Shown: positions 11,448 through 21,664, numbered from the stretch's first letter. The stretch is 64,000 nucleotides of DNA from Candidatus Latescibacterota bacterium (GCA_965248755.1 OZ252149.1:672001-736000); one strand, 5' to 3'. Notes: generated from the letters alone by a model not told the origin. Program-made: numbers and translations.

Positions 11448-11827
11448 GCAACCCGAGAACGCGAATGGCGTGGCTACGGTCTATGTTAGGGCGTCGGCGA
11501 TGATTACGCGTAGCCGAAATCTGACCGCAGCCAAGTGGCAAGAAGACGGGGACACACTTCCCCCTGACTTCGGTCGGCCACTTCGACCTCCTACGGCTTT
11601 CATCAGATTACCGTCGGATAAGCCCGCAGTTCAAGCGCTTCGAGAGTTTTTGATCCATCATCTGATTTCGTGGCTCCAACGGGTAAACCGCCAGCCAGGG
11701 GCAGGACAGCGTGCGATCACTCAATATGTGGGTCGTGCCGGCAGCGTATATATTGGATTGGCGGTTTTGGCAGCATTAAGTGGACTTTAAAAATAAAATT
11801 AACCGTTAATATTTGAGGAGAAGTATA

Positions 11828-12427
11828 ATGAATCAGAATTTCACGAAGTTAGCGTTCACTGATAGTGTTAAAAACTTTCAGGAACAATACGGCTCGCGTA
11901 AATCATACGCCCGTATGGAAACGTCCGGTGATCAGTATGTTTTAACGAACAGGGAAATTCCTTTCATAAAATCAAGGGACAGTTTTTATATGGCTACAGT
12001 TGGAGAGAACGGCTGGCCGTATGTTCAATACCGCGGTGGTCCGAAAGGATTTTTAAAAGTAATTGATAGTACAACTCTTGGCTTTGCTGACTTTCGCGGC
12101 AACATGCAATATATCAGTGCTGGAAATATGAATGCGAACCGCAAAGCATCTCTGTTTTTGATCGATTATCCTTCCAGGCAGAGATTGAAGATATGGGCAG
12201 CATCCAAAGTGGTTGAAGCGGATGAAGATCCGAAATTGTTCAAGAAGCTCATTGTTCCGGATTATGAAGCAAGAATCGAAAGAATGATAGTTTTCAACAT
12301 ACAGGCATACGATTGGAATTGCTCGCAACACATCACGCCGCGCTACACTAATGAAGAAATTGCCGGAGAAATAGGAAGATCAAATCCGGATATCTTAAAA
12401 TCTTGTTGTCCCGATGATGTTGAGTAA
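11828..12427 (+). CDS. Pyridoxamine 5'-phosphate oxidase-family (split-barrel flavin-binding) protein
   Basis: FYMATVGENGWPYVQYRGGPKGFLKV, GFADFRGNMQY and DWNCSQHITPRY; GAGGAG RBS. Confidence 0.88.
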   Translation: MNQNFTKLAFTDSVKNFQEQYGSRKSYARMETSGDQYVLTNREIPFIKSRDSFYMATVGENGWPYVQYRGGPKGFLKVIDSTTLGFADFRGNMQYISAGNMNANRKASLFLIDYPSRQRLKIWAASKVVEADEDPKLFKKLIVPDYEARIERMIVFNIQAYDWNCSQHITPRYTNEEIAGEIGRSNPDILKSCCPDDVE

Positions 12428-12547
12428 GTGCACAATTGCGAAGCACATACTTAAGGCGTTATAAAAATTAGGTAATGCAGTAGGAAAGTTGCACTTGGTA
12501 CGTTGACATTTTCTTGATCTGTAGCGATATTTGGGACATGAAAAATT

Positions 12548-12606
12548 GCCCTCGCTGCAACCGACGGTCCGCTGACGTGTCCGGCGGCTGAGCTTGGCCG
12601 GTAGGC
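12548..12606 (+). other. Degenerate attC-like (integron cassette) site
   Basis: ccctcgctgcaaccgacgg...gcggctgagcttggccggtaggc resembles the attC 3' end GCTGAGCTTnnnCGTTAGGC with a mutated core. Confidence 0.45.
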
Positions 12607-12638
12607 TTCCAGATACGAGAGCCAACAAAGGAGAGGCT

Positions 12639-13094
12639 ATGACTAATCTAAAAAGAATTTTGGCTGTATTTTTGGTTTTATTATTAACAGGATGTGCAAC
12701 AACTAGAGGAGGTTTATCTAGGAACCAAGAAATCCAGAACCTGATACAGACCTATCAGCGCAGCTTGAACGAAGGTGACCTGGGCTTAGTCAGGAGCGTC
12801 TACGCCACCGACGCGATCTTCATCGGCCAGCCTTTTCCCACAGCTACCGGCGTTGAGGAAATTGTAGCGCTCTATGCAGACTTCTTCTCGAAGGTCGACT
12901 TCGACATTCAGTTCGACGTTCAGGAAATCGAGCTGAGCAGCGACCTGGGCTTCGTTCGCACTCTGTCTCACGGCACCATCGTACCCAAGGGCCAGAATCC
13001 CGAAGGCACTGAAGGCAACCGCGAGATCTTCGTGGTGAAAAAGATCGACGGTGTGTGGAAGTTCTACCGCTACATGTTCAACGCCGAGGTTTGA
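12639..13094 (+). CDS. SnoaL/NTF2-like (DUF4440-type) lipoprotein
   Basis: Lipobox LLTG|C; YQRSLNEGDL..YATDAIF and NREIFVVKKIDGVWKFYRYMFN are typical of NTF2-like proteins. Confidence 0.8.
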   Translation: MTNLKRILAVFLVLLLTGCATTRGGLSRNQEIQNLIQTYQRSLNEGDLGLVRSVYATDAIFIGQPFPTATGVEEIVALYADFFSKVDFDIQFDVQEIELSSDLGFVRTLSHGTIVPKGQNPEGTEGNREIFVVKKIDGVWKFYRYMFNAEV

Positions 13095-13285
13095 CGGCGC
13101 GGGCCATTAAGATCGGAGCGACAGGCGGTTCGAGAAGCATTTCCTGCCCTCCGAGCCGTTGGCTTGAGCAGTCATCAGAACTGGCTCTGCCAGGAGCGCT
13201 GGTAGAGTTTTAGCGCCTAACCTGAAATAATAAGAAGAGCGCAAGCTTGTCGGAAGCCGGAGAGGTTTTGCGCTATGCAAAATCA

Positions 13286-14764
13286 ATGATCAAAAGAATA
13301 TACGGACTTGAGACCGAATACGGGTGTTTAGCCCAGGACGATATGTCCTTCAGCGCGCCCGAAAACATCTCTGTCAAAGTTAAAGATCACATCTTCTACA
13401 AAAATAACCTCGGGGTTATGGACATACACCACAGGGGATGGGATGAGCCACCCGGCAACGGCGGATTCCTCTTCAACTCAGGCAGAGTCTACATAGATAT
13501 GGGACACATAGAATATGCCACGCCAGAATGCACAGGCCTTTTCGATACTGTGACATCGGATAAAGCAGGAGAGAGAATATTACAAAGGGCACTGGCAGAT
13601 TTGGGCCTGAAGGGACAGGCTTCCTTCATCAAAAATAATGTGGACCACTTCACAGGTGCCACGTTCGGATGTCACGAAAACTACCTTCTTCGAAGAGATA
13701 TCCCCTTTTCCAAAGTTGTGATTCCCAAACTCCTCCCATTTTTCGTAACCAGACAGATATTTACGGGAGCCGGAAGAGTTGGAAACCACAACGAGATGTT
13801 CGACTATGGGATTGAGGACGGAAAAGGGATAGAATATCAAATATCTCAAAGAGCCGATTACATAGTTACTGAGATCTATCAGTGGATACAGTTCAGCCGC
13901 TCTATAGTCAACAGCAGAGACGAACCGCTTGCCGACTACACCAAATACAGAAGGCTACATCTTTTGGTCGGCGATTCCAACATGTCCGAGTACGCTATAG
14001 CTTTGAAGATAGGTACAACCGCGGTGATGCTAAGCCTGGTGGAGGGTGGACACATAACCGAGGACATAAGCCTTATGGATCCCGTGCAGGCCTTAAAGGA
14101 CATATCCCGAGATCAGCATTTCATATGGCTGGTGCGCCTTGGTGCCGGAAGAACTATATCGGCCGTAGATATTCAAAGGATATACCTGTCTCTTGCACAG
14201 AAATACCTCAAAGGCAGGGATGAAGAACTCGATTGGGTGATCAGAGAGTGGGAGTCAGTGTTAGACAGTCTGGAAAGAGACCCTATGGAACTGATAGATA
14301 GAGTCGACTGGGTGGCGAAAAGATCTCTCCTGGAGACCTTTGTAGAAGAAGAAGGTGTATCCTGGGATGATCCCTGGATCGTGAGCCTGGACCTTGAATA
14401 TCACAATATAGATCCGGAAAATGGCCTCTATTACGGACTCGAAAGAGGTGGAGGAATGCGCCGCGTAACTACGGACGAACAGATAGAAAAGGCGATCTAC
14501 AACCCTCCACAGAACACCAGAGCAAGGGGCAGAGCGCAGGCTGCAAGGAAGCTTTCAGAGAAAAAACTCCGCCGCCGATACGCTATAGATTGGGATTCTA
14601 TATACCTTGAGGGTGATAAATATTTAGATATGAAAGATCCCTTTAAGACATATCAGAATGAGGTATCCAAACTCTTTAAACTGTCCAAGGTCCCCTTCTT
14701 CCTGAAAGATGAGGACAGATCCCGATTGAAGCAGGAAAGCAAAAGAAGCAGAAGGGCGAGATAA
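13286..14764 (+). CDS. pafA: Pup/UBact-protein ligase PafA
   Basis: IYGLETEYG, FLFNSGRVYIDMGHIEYATPEC, KNNVD..GATFGCHENY, RDEPLAD and RRLHLLVGDSNM; paralogous to dop. Confidence 0.92.
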   Translation: MIKRIYGLETEYGCLAQDDMSFSAPENISVKVKDHIFYKNNLGVMDIHHRGWDEPPGNGGFLFNSGRVYIDMGHIEYATPECTGLFDTVTSDKAGERILQRALADLGLKGQASFIKNNVDHFTGATFGCHENYLLRRDIPFSKVVIPKLLPFFVTRQIFTGAGRVGNHNEMFDYGIEDGKGIEYQISQRADYIVTEIYQWIQFSRSIVNSRDEPLADYTKYRRLHLLVGDSNMSEYAIALKIGTTAVMLSLVEGGHITEDISLMDPVQALKDISRDQHFIWLVRLGAGRTISAVDIQRIYLSLAQKYLKGRDEELDWVIREWESVLDSLERDPMELIDRVDWVAKRSLLETFVEEEGVSWDDPWIVSLDLEYHNIDPENGLYYGLERGGGMRRVTTDEQIEKAIYNPPQNTRARGRAQAARKLSEKKLRRRYAIDWDSIYLEGDKYLDMKDPFKTYQNEVSKLFKLSKVPFFLKDEDRSRLKQESKRSRRAR

Positions 14765-14919
14765 TAGAGATACAATCTCGCGCGGTGGTTGTACTAATCT
14801 GCACCATATGTCTTCTGTTTAACCCTGTGGGAAATCGAGATTCTATGCAATCTACATGCTTAATCTTAAAAACCATACTTAATCTTTAAGGCTTTGAAAG
14901 ATGTCCAAGAACTTTCCCC

Positions 14920-14948
14920 TTGATCTTCTCTAATTTTCTTAGTATTAT
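14920..14948 (+). promoter_or_regulatory. Candidate sigma70 promoter for ctpA
   Basis: TTGATC, 17-nt spacer, TATTAT. Confidence 0.4.
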
Positions 14949-15064
14949 GTATATAGGAAATACCAAAGGCATCCGTCTATCTACCCTTTGACGACGAGAT
15001 TAATTTAAATGGCTTGTGATTGCAATTACCCGGAAGGGGTTCATTATTCTTGGAGTGCTCTTCG

Positions 15065-16708
15065 ATGAAAAAGAGACTCCTACTGACCGCTATAGTTTTG
15101 TCTTTTGCAATTTCGGTGTCAGCTCTGTGGATAGCTATAGAGAGGGCTCAGGCATCCAGAAGTGCCAATATTGCTCAGAGACTTGCGCTTTTGAACGAAA
15201 TTATGGTCAAGGTCCGAGATCACTACGTTGAGGAAGTAGATGTAGTTGATCTGACGGAGGGTATGATAAGAAGCCTCTTGGAAGGCCTCGATCCCCACTC
15301 CAATTATATTCCTCCGGAAGAGACCAAGAGGATGAACGAAAGATTTCAGGGCCACTTCTACGGGATAGGTATAAGCTACTATATAATGCACGACTCCTTA
15401 ACGGTCATGTTTCCTATTGAGGGAACACCGGCTTATAAGGTCGGACTCAAACCCTGGGACAAGATCGTAAAGATAGACGGAGAATCGGCCCTCGGGATAA
15501 CCAGTGATAAGGTTCAAAAAAGACTCAAAGGATCCCGAGGAACCACTGTAAACGTCTCTGTCAAGCGGGAGGGCAAAGACGAGCTTTTGGAGTTCACCAT
15601 CATAAGGAATGAAATACCGCTCAAGAGCATATCTTACTATTTTATGATTCGCCCAGGGACAGGCTATATAAAGTTAAGCAACTTTTCGAACACTACATCT
15701 GATGAATTAGATCAGGCCACAGACGATCTTAGACGGAACAGTATGGAGCGGCTCATACTCGATCTGAGATGGAACGGCGGAGGTCCTCTTGATCAGGCTG
15801 TGCAGGTGGCTGACAAGTTCCTCTGGGACGGCAAGATCGTATATACTAAGGGAAAATACCAGGCCAACAATCGCGAGTACGATGCCCACAAGGGCCAAGA
15901 TGATTGGAGACCTCCACTTATAGTTATGATCAACCACAGCAGTGCCAGTGCGTCTGAGATAGTCTCCGGCGCGATTCAGGACCAAGACAGAGGACTGGTC
16001 GTAGGGCAGTCAAGCTTCGGCAAGGGGCTTGTCCAGCATCAATTCCCCCTTGAAAAAGATGGAGGCGGCACGCTGCTGCTTACAGTGGCAAAATACTACA
16101 CTCCACTGGGACGCCTGATTCAAAGGCCATACAAGGGCAAAGACAGACAGGAGTACATTTACGAAGGGATAGATACAAACGCGGATGCCGACAGTTTAAA
16201 CCTCTCAAATAAAGATGTCTATTACACACCAGGCGGCCGCAAGGTCTACGGAGGAGGAGGCATCACACCGGATATAATACTCCAGCCAGATACTCTGACA
16301 ACCTTTGGATATAAACTGCGTGATCCTAAATATATATTTGAATTTTCTAACAGATACCTCAGAGAAAACAAAGACATAATAACCGTTGAGTTTGAGCAAT
16401 TTCTGGAAGACTCTAATATACCAGAGGATGAGCTGCTATCGCAGTTCAAGGAATTCTTGCTAGATAACAGTCCTAAGTTCAATGAGAAGGTCACTAAGGA
16501 CTTCCAAAAGGACTTCCAAAAGGCCAGAGGTTTTATAGAAAGGAGCATAAAAGCTGAGATCGCCAGGATCGCCTGGGGTCGTACAGAAAGCGGCAGAGTC
16601 TATGTAGAAGGTGATTCAGAGGTGCTGGCCGCGTTGAACCTTTTCAAAGAGGCCCTGGTTATAGTCCAAAACAAAGAAAAAGCTGAGGCCGAAAGACACG
16701 TAAGATAA
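15065..16708 (+). CDS. ctpA: S41 family carboxyl-terminal processing protease
   Basis: N-terminal signal/TM, LDPHS, PDZ domain, DLRWNGGG, SASASEIVSGA, SFGKGLVQ. Confidence 0.93.
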   Translation: MKKRLLLTAIVLSFAISVSALWIAIERAQASRSANIAQRLALLNEIMVKVRDHYVEEVDVVDLTEGMIRSLLEGLDPHSNYIPPEETKRMNERFQGHFYGIGISYYIMHDSLTVMFPIEGTPAYKVGLKPWDKIVKIDGESALGITSDKVQKRLKGSRGTTVNVSVKREGKDELLEFTIIRNEIPLKSISYYFMIRPGTGYIKLSNFSNTTSDELDQATDDLRRNSMERLILDLRWNGGGPLDQAVQVADKFLWDGKIVYTKGKYQANNREYDAHKGQDDWRPPLIVMINHSSASASEIVSGAIQDQDRGLVVGQSSFGKGLVQHQFPLEKDGGGTLLLTVAKYYTPLGRLIQRPYKGKDRQEYIYEGIDTNADADSLNLSNKDVYYTPGGRKVYGGGGITPDIILQPDTLTTFGYKLRDPKYIFEFSNRYLRENKDIITVEFEQFLEDSNIPEDELLSQFKEFLLDNSPKFNEKVTKDFQKDFQKARGFIERSIKAEIARIAWGRTESGRVYVEGDSEVLAALNLFKEALVIVQNKEKAEAERHVR

Positions 16709-16731
16709 GCACTTAATAGGGAGAATCAAAG

Positions 16732-17706
16732 ATGGGCTGGAACGTATATGTAACTCGCAGGCTTCCCCAGTCTGCAATGGACATTGTTGAGGCTAACTGT
16801 GACATAATGGATGTCAATCCCGAAGACAGGATCCTCTCAAGGGAGGAACTCCTTTCCAACGTAAAGGGCAGAGATGGTATTCTGTGCCTTCTGACGGACA
16901 CTATTGACGAAGAATTGCTCTCTGTAGCAGAGGGCGCAAAGATATTCGCAAATTACGCCGTTGGGTTTGATAACATAGACGTGGAGGCTGCTACGAGGCA
17001 GAAGGTAATAGTCACAAACACGCCCGGAGTCCTTACCGAGACGACGTCGGACATGGCGTGGGCCTTGCTGTTCAGCATAGCAAGGAGGATCGTGGAAGCA
17101 GACAGATTCACAAGAGCGGGCAAGTTTTCTGGCTGGGGACCGATGATGTTCCTCGGGAACGATGTGACGGGCAAAACCCTGGGAGTGATCGGATCCGGAA
17201 GGGTCGGAGAGTCCATGGCTCTCAAGTCCAAAGGATTCGGGATGAACGTGCTGTACAACGACATGGTCGGTAACGAGACGTTGGAAAAAGAGCTGGGTGC
17301 AAAGAGAGTCGAACTCGATGAACTCCTTTCCCAATCGGATTTTATCTCGACCCACGTCCTTTTATCTCCCCACACGACACACCTTATCGGAGAGCGTGAA
17401 TTCGGCTTAATGAAAAAGACCGCCTATCTTATCAACACCTCCAGAGGTCCCGTAATAGACGAGGCAGCGCTTGTAAAGGCACTTAAGGACGGCGAAATAG
17501 CCGGAGCCGCTTTGGACGTCTTTGAGAACGAGCCAGAGCTTAAGCCGGGTTTGGCTGACCTGGACAACGTCGTGATAGTCCCGCATATAGCCAGCGCCAC
17601 AGTCGAAACCAGAACAAAGATGGCGGTGATGGCAGCGGAGAACCTTATAGCGGGACTAGAAGGACGGCGTCCTCCCAACATAGTAAATCCGGAAGTTCTT
17701 CATTAG
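16732..17706 (+). CDS. D-2-hydroxyacid dehydrogenase (glyoxylate/glycerate reductase-like)
   Basis: AVGFDNID, GSGRVG, INTSRGPVIDE, LDVFENEP, PHIASA. Confidence 0.92.
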   Translation: MGWNVYVTRRLPQSAMDIVEANCDIMDVNPEDRILSREELLSNVKGRDGILCLLTDTIDEELLSVAEGAKIFANYAVGFDNIDVEAATRQKVIVTNTPGVLTETTSDMAWALLFSIARRIVEADRFTRAGKFSGWGPMMFLGNDVTGKTLGVIGSGRVGESMALKSKGFGMNVLYNDMVGNETLEKELGAKRVELDELLSQSDFISTHVLLSPHTTHLIGEREFGLMKKTAYLINTSRGPVIDEAALVKALKDGEIAGAALDVFENEPELKPGLADLDNVVIVPHIASATVETRTKMAVMAAENLIAGLEGRRPPNIVNPEVLH

Positions 17707-17752
17707 CATTAGACTGACACTTTGCCAAATCTAAACTTGGAGGAAAACACAG

Positions 17753-18448
17753 TTGGCAGCGACTGAAAGGATATCAGACGCCAGCAGAATCACAATTGGA
17801 AAGCAGATCGTTCTGCCGTGGAGCAAAGCGGTCGAAATCAGTGTCAAGGGCATCAAGGTAAGACTTGGGCGTTCACTCATCACCATGAGCGGCATCGTAT
17901 TAGCGATAGCGTTCCTGATGTCTATATGGACGAATAATTCTATAGTAGTGTCCCTCAGAGAGGCAAATGACGCAGACGTAAATCTGCTGCTCCAGCAGAA
18001 AAGGATACAGACAGGCCCTGATGCCGATACGAGCGAGGAGGACTCTAAAAACGCATGGCTTGTGGCCTTATCCCTGCTGGTCTGTCTGGTGGGAATAGCC
18101 AACGCAATGCTGATGTCAGTCACGGAGCGATTCAGAGAGATAGGTACAATGAAGTGTCTGGGGGCCTTGGACTCGTTCATAGTGAAGCTATTTCTCCTGG
18201 AGTCGATGTTTCAGGGGCTGATAGGCACGATAATGGGAGTTATTACGGGATTTTCCTTGAGTCTATTGCTCTCGATGGTCAGTTTCGGGGATTATGTCTT
18301 CGAGTACTTCCCCGAGGCCACAATAATATTGCGATATGCGGGCTGGGCTATTTTGATCGGCTTTGTAGTGTCATTTTTCGGGGCGATCCTGCCCTCCTAC
18401 AGGGCAGCTAAGATGGAACCTGCTGATGCTATGAGAACAGAAGTATAA
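17753..18448 (+). CDS. Minimal FtsX/MacB-type ABC permease
   Basis: IANAMLMSVTERFREIGTMKCLGA and PSYRAAKMEPADAMR; about 4 TM helices and a very short extracytoplasmic loop. Confidence 0.85.
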   Translation: MAATERISDASRITIGKQIVLPWSKAVEISVKGIKVRLGRSLITMSGIVLAIAFLMSIWTNNSIVVSLREANDADVNLLLQQKRIQTGPDADTSEEDSKNAWLVALSLLVCLVGIANAMLMSVTERFREIGTMKCLGALDSFIVKLFLLESMFQGLIGTIMGVITGFSLSLLLSMVSFGDYVFEYFPEATIILRYAGWAILIGFVVSFFGAILPSYRAAKMEPADAMRTEV

Positions 18449-18455
18449 GGCAAAA

Positions 18456-18573
18456 ATAGTAGACAGCTTACAGTAGACATCATACAGGGAAAGGCAAAAG
18501 CACGTAGACGGATACATAAGTAGACGGCAAACAGGGATGGGAAGCCGTGCCCTGTCTGCTACCTGCTGTCCAC
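18456..18573. repeat. GTAGACA heptamer-based repeat cluster
   Basis: Several gtagac units followed by cagggatggg...ccctgtctgctacc. Confidence 0.65.
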
Positions 18574-18597
18574 TTATTTACGGTGTTAGGAGAAGAG

Positions 18598-19374
18598 ATG
18601 GCACAAGAGGAAAAGAAGGAAGACAAAGGGCAAAACCAGATAGAGCAGAGCGTGGTCAGAACCCAAAACGTTAAGAAGATCTATGAAATGGGAGGTATCA
18701 AACTAGAGGCCCTTAAAGGCATAGACATGGAGATTGAACCCGGGGAGTACATCTCGATTATGGGCCCTTCCGGATCTGGTAAAAGCACGCTGTTCAACAT
18801 GATAGGAGGACTTGACAAGCCGACTTCGGGAAAGGTTTACATAGACGAGGTGGACGTGGCTCAACTGGACGCCTATGAGCTCGCGTGGCTCAGGTGCAGG
18901 AAGATCGGCTACATCTTTCAATCGTTCAATCTTATCCCGGTTATGACCGCGCTTGAAAACGTGACTTTGCCGATGGTCTTTGCGGGACTGACAGGCGATG
19001 ACGCCAGAGAAAAAGGAGTGGAACTCTTGGGCAAGGTCGGACTGGGAGACAGAGTATCTCACAAGCCGTCCGAGCTTTCGGGAGGACAACAGCAAAGGGT
19101 GGCTGTGGCAAGGGCTATGGCCAACGATCCGGCGATTATCTTAGCGGACGAACCGACAGGGAATTTAGATCTTAAGACTGGGACAGAGATAATAAACCTA
19201 CTAAGGGAGATGAACGAAGATTCGGATGTCACGATAATAGCGGCTACGCACGATCACAAGATGCTCTCAGTCTCTGACCGCATAGTATGGATCAGAGACG
19301 GCATGGTCGACAGAGTACAAAGCAGAGAAGAGGTAGAAATCGAGGTCGGTACGATAGACGGCCAGACAGAATAG
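18598..19374 (+). CDS. ABC transporter ATP-binding protein (LolD/MacB type)
   Basis: GPSGSGKST, LSGGQQQRV, ILADEPTGNLD, ATHD. Confidence 0.93.
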   Translation: MAQEEKKEDKGQNQIEQSVVRTQNVKKIYEMGGIKLEALKGIDMEIEPGEYISIMGPSGSGKSTLFNMIGGLDKPTSGKVYIDEVDVAQLDAYELAWLRCRKIGYIFQSFNLIPVMTALENVTLPMVFAGLTGDDAREKGVELLGKVGLGDRVSHKPSELSGGQQQRVAVARAMANDPAIILADEPTGNLDLKTGTEIINLLREMNEDSDVTIIAATHDHKMLSVSDRIVWIRDGMVDRVQSREEVEIEVGTIDGQTE

Positions 19375-19480
19375 AACCCTTCCGTAACGACTATACCCCC
19401 AACAGCCTATTAGTATTAGACGGGCCATTTGTACTTTCAGTGTCGAGTCCGTGTTAGCTTATAGAGAAACTTGAAGTGTT

Positions 19481-20659
19481 ATGAAAGTACACGAACATCA
19501 AGCCAAAGAGATATTAAGAAGTTACAACGTAGCCGTTCCCCAGGGAAAGGTGGCATCCTCTCCTGAGGAGGCCCGAAAGATAGCAGAGGAACTGGGCGGC
19601 AAAGTCGTGGTAAAGGCCCAGATTCACGCCGGAGGCAGAGGAAAAGGAGGTGGCGTCAAATTGGCTGATGGGCCCTCTGAGGCCGAAACCTTAGCCTCAG
19701 AGATGATCGGAATGAACTTAGTCACTCATCAGACGGGTCCCGAAGGCAGAACGGTCAAAAAGATACTGGTCGAGGAAGCTACAGAGGTGGAAAAGGAATT
19801 CTATCTAGGGATAGTTCTGGACAGATCCGAGTCGAAATTAGTGGTGATGGCCTCAGCGGAGGGCGGCGTGGAAATAGAAGAAATAGCGGCAAACTCTCCG
19901 CAAAAGATATTAAAAGAGTGGATCGATCCCGCCCTCGGATTACAGCCCTTTCAAGCTCGGAGACTTGCGTTCGGTCTGAAAATGAACGTGGGGCTCGTCC
20001 GGAAAACGGCGGAATTCATAATGTATCTTTATGAGGCCTACGTCGAGACCGACTTCTCTATTGCTGAGATAAACCCGCTTGTGCTTACAAAAAGCGGAGA
20101 TATTATAGCTTTGGACGCCAAGATAAACTTCGATGATAACGCACTCTACCGCCACCCCCAAATACGTAAGATGAGAGATATAGATGAGGAAGACCCTTTG
20201 GAGGTAGAGGCTTCCAAGTATAATTTGAACTACATAAGACTCGCCGGGAAAGTAGGGTGCATGGTCAACGGGGCTGGACTTGCTATGGCTACTATGGACA
20301 TAATAAAGCTTGTAGGGGCCGAGCCTGCCAACTTCCTGGACGTGGGAGGAGGAGCAAGCGTCGAAGCCGTGGAAAATGGATTCAGGACATTGCTTTCGGA
20401 TAAGAACGTCGAGGCAGTAATAATAAATATCTTCGGCGGAATAGTCAGGTGCGATAGAGTGGCAGAGGGAGTCGTGGAGGCTCTGTCCAATATGGATGTT
20501 GCCCTCCCTGTCGTGGTCAGGCTCGAGGGCACCAATGCCCAGGAAGGGGCCAAAATCCTCAAGGATTCCCCGCTTTCTTTTGCCGTGGCGACGGACCTCA
20601 AGGACGCTGCAGAAAAGGTAGTAGCTGCTGTCGGAGGAAAGAATGAGCATTCTGGTTAA
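19481..20659 (+). CDS. sucC: Succinyl-CoA synthetase beta subunit
   Basis: [45 protein letters not shown]. Confidence 0.97.
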   Translation: MKVHEHQAKEILRSYNVAVPQGKVASSPEEARKIAEELGGKVVVKAQIHAGGRGKGGGVKLADGPSEAETLASEMIGMNLVTHQTGPEGRTVKKILVEEATEVEKEFYLGIVLDRSESKLVVMASAEGGVEIEEIAANSPQKILKEWIDPALGLQPFQARRLAFGLKMNVGLVRKTAEFIMYLYEAYVETDFSIAEINPLVLTKSGDIIALDAKINFDDNALYRHPQIRKMRDIDEEDPLEVEASKYNLNYIRLAGKVGCMVNGAGLAMATMDIIKLVGAEPANFLDVGGGASVEAVENGFRTLLSDKNVEAVIINIFGGIVRCDRVAEGVVEALSNMDVALPVVVRLEGTNAQEGAKILKDSPLSFAVATDLKDAAEKVVAAVGGKNEHSG

Positions 20660-21509
20660 TGAAGATACTACAGTCTTGGTGCAGGGGATCACTGGGGGGG
20701 AGGGTTCTTTCCACACTGTAAGGATGGTAGAATACGGAACAAAAGTAAAAGCTGGTGTAACTCCGGGAAAAGGAGGAGGGAACTTTGAAGGGATACCGGT
20801 CTTCGACACTGTGGAGATGGCAAAGCGAGAAACTGGAGTCAACGCATCGGCAATCTTTGTGCCCCCTGCTTTTGCGAAGGATGCTATAATGGAGGCGGCT
20901 GATGCAGACTTAGACATTGTGGTGTGCATTACTGAGGGTATCCCGACACTGGATATGATAAGAGTGAAAGAACACCTAAACTGCCGAAACACCCGGCTTG
21001 TCGGTCCCAACTGTCCGGGTGTCATATCTCCGGGCAAGTGTAAGATCGGGATTATGCCTGGTTCTATTCACGAAGCCGGAAGCGTCGGAGTCATATCCAG
21101 GAGCGGTACCTTGACTTATGAGGCAGTCAGTCAGTTAACATCCCTTGGCATCGGTCAATCTACCTGCATAGGTGTAGGGGGAGATCCAGTCATCGGAACT
21201 ACGTTTATAGACTGTCTGGAACTATTTGAGGCCGATCCTGAAACCGACGCGGTCGTCATAATAGGCGAGATAGGAGGATCAGCTGAGGAAGAAGCAGCAA
21301 CTTTTATAAAGAATAACTTTAGCAAACCGGTAATCGGCTTCATCTGCGGTAGAACCGCTCCAGAAGGCAGACGCATGGGACACGCCGGAGCGATCATTTC
21401 AGGTGGCAGTGGAACCGCCGAAGGTAAGATGGATGCCCTCAAAGACGCAGGAGTACGGGTCTCTGATAGCCCAGCTGAAATAGGAAAGGCGGTAAAAGAT
21501 GTATTATAA
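20643..21509 (+). CDS. sucD: Succinyl-CoA synthetase alpha subunit
   Basis: [28 protein letters not shown] (phospho-His). Confidence 0.97.
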   Translation: MSILVNEDTTVLVQGITGGEGSFHTVRMVEYGTKVKAGVTPGKGGGNFEGIPVFDTVEMAKRETGVNASAIFVPPAFAKDAIMEAADADLDIVVCITEGIPTLDMIRVKEHLNCRNTRLVGPNCPGVISPGKCKIGIMPGSIHEAGSVGVISRSGTLTYEAVSQLTSLGIGQSTCIGVGGDPVIGTTFIDCLELFEADPETDAVVIIGEIGGSAEEEAATFIKNNFSKPVIGFICGRTAPEGRRMGHAGAIISGGSGTAEGKMDALKDAGVRVSDSPAEIGKAVKDVL

Positions 21510-21629
21510 AACATAATACCGAGTAGGAGAAAGATCCCTGCTTGTCTGTTAGAGTTTAGGTTTACGTGTGACACTGTGCATTTTGGCAGCAACTGCTTGC
21601 CTACTTGAACCTAGGATAGTTCACCATCT

Positions 21630-21664
21630 CCCCGACCCCCGATTGACTCTATCGGGGATCGGGG
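21630..21664. repeat. Self-nested CCCCGAT...ATCGGGG hairpin
   Basis: ccccga-c-ccccgattgactctatcgggg-atcgggg. Confidence 0.75.

Noticed and set aside
11470..11790. 106-aa plus-strand ORF in the pafA insert
   Set aside because: No RBS or family motif; atypical composition.
19940..21037. 365-aa minus-strand ORF
   Set aside because: Antisense to sucC/sucD; shadow ORF.
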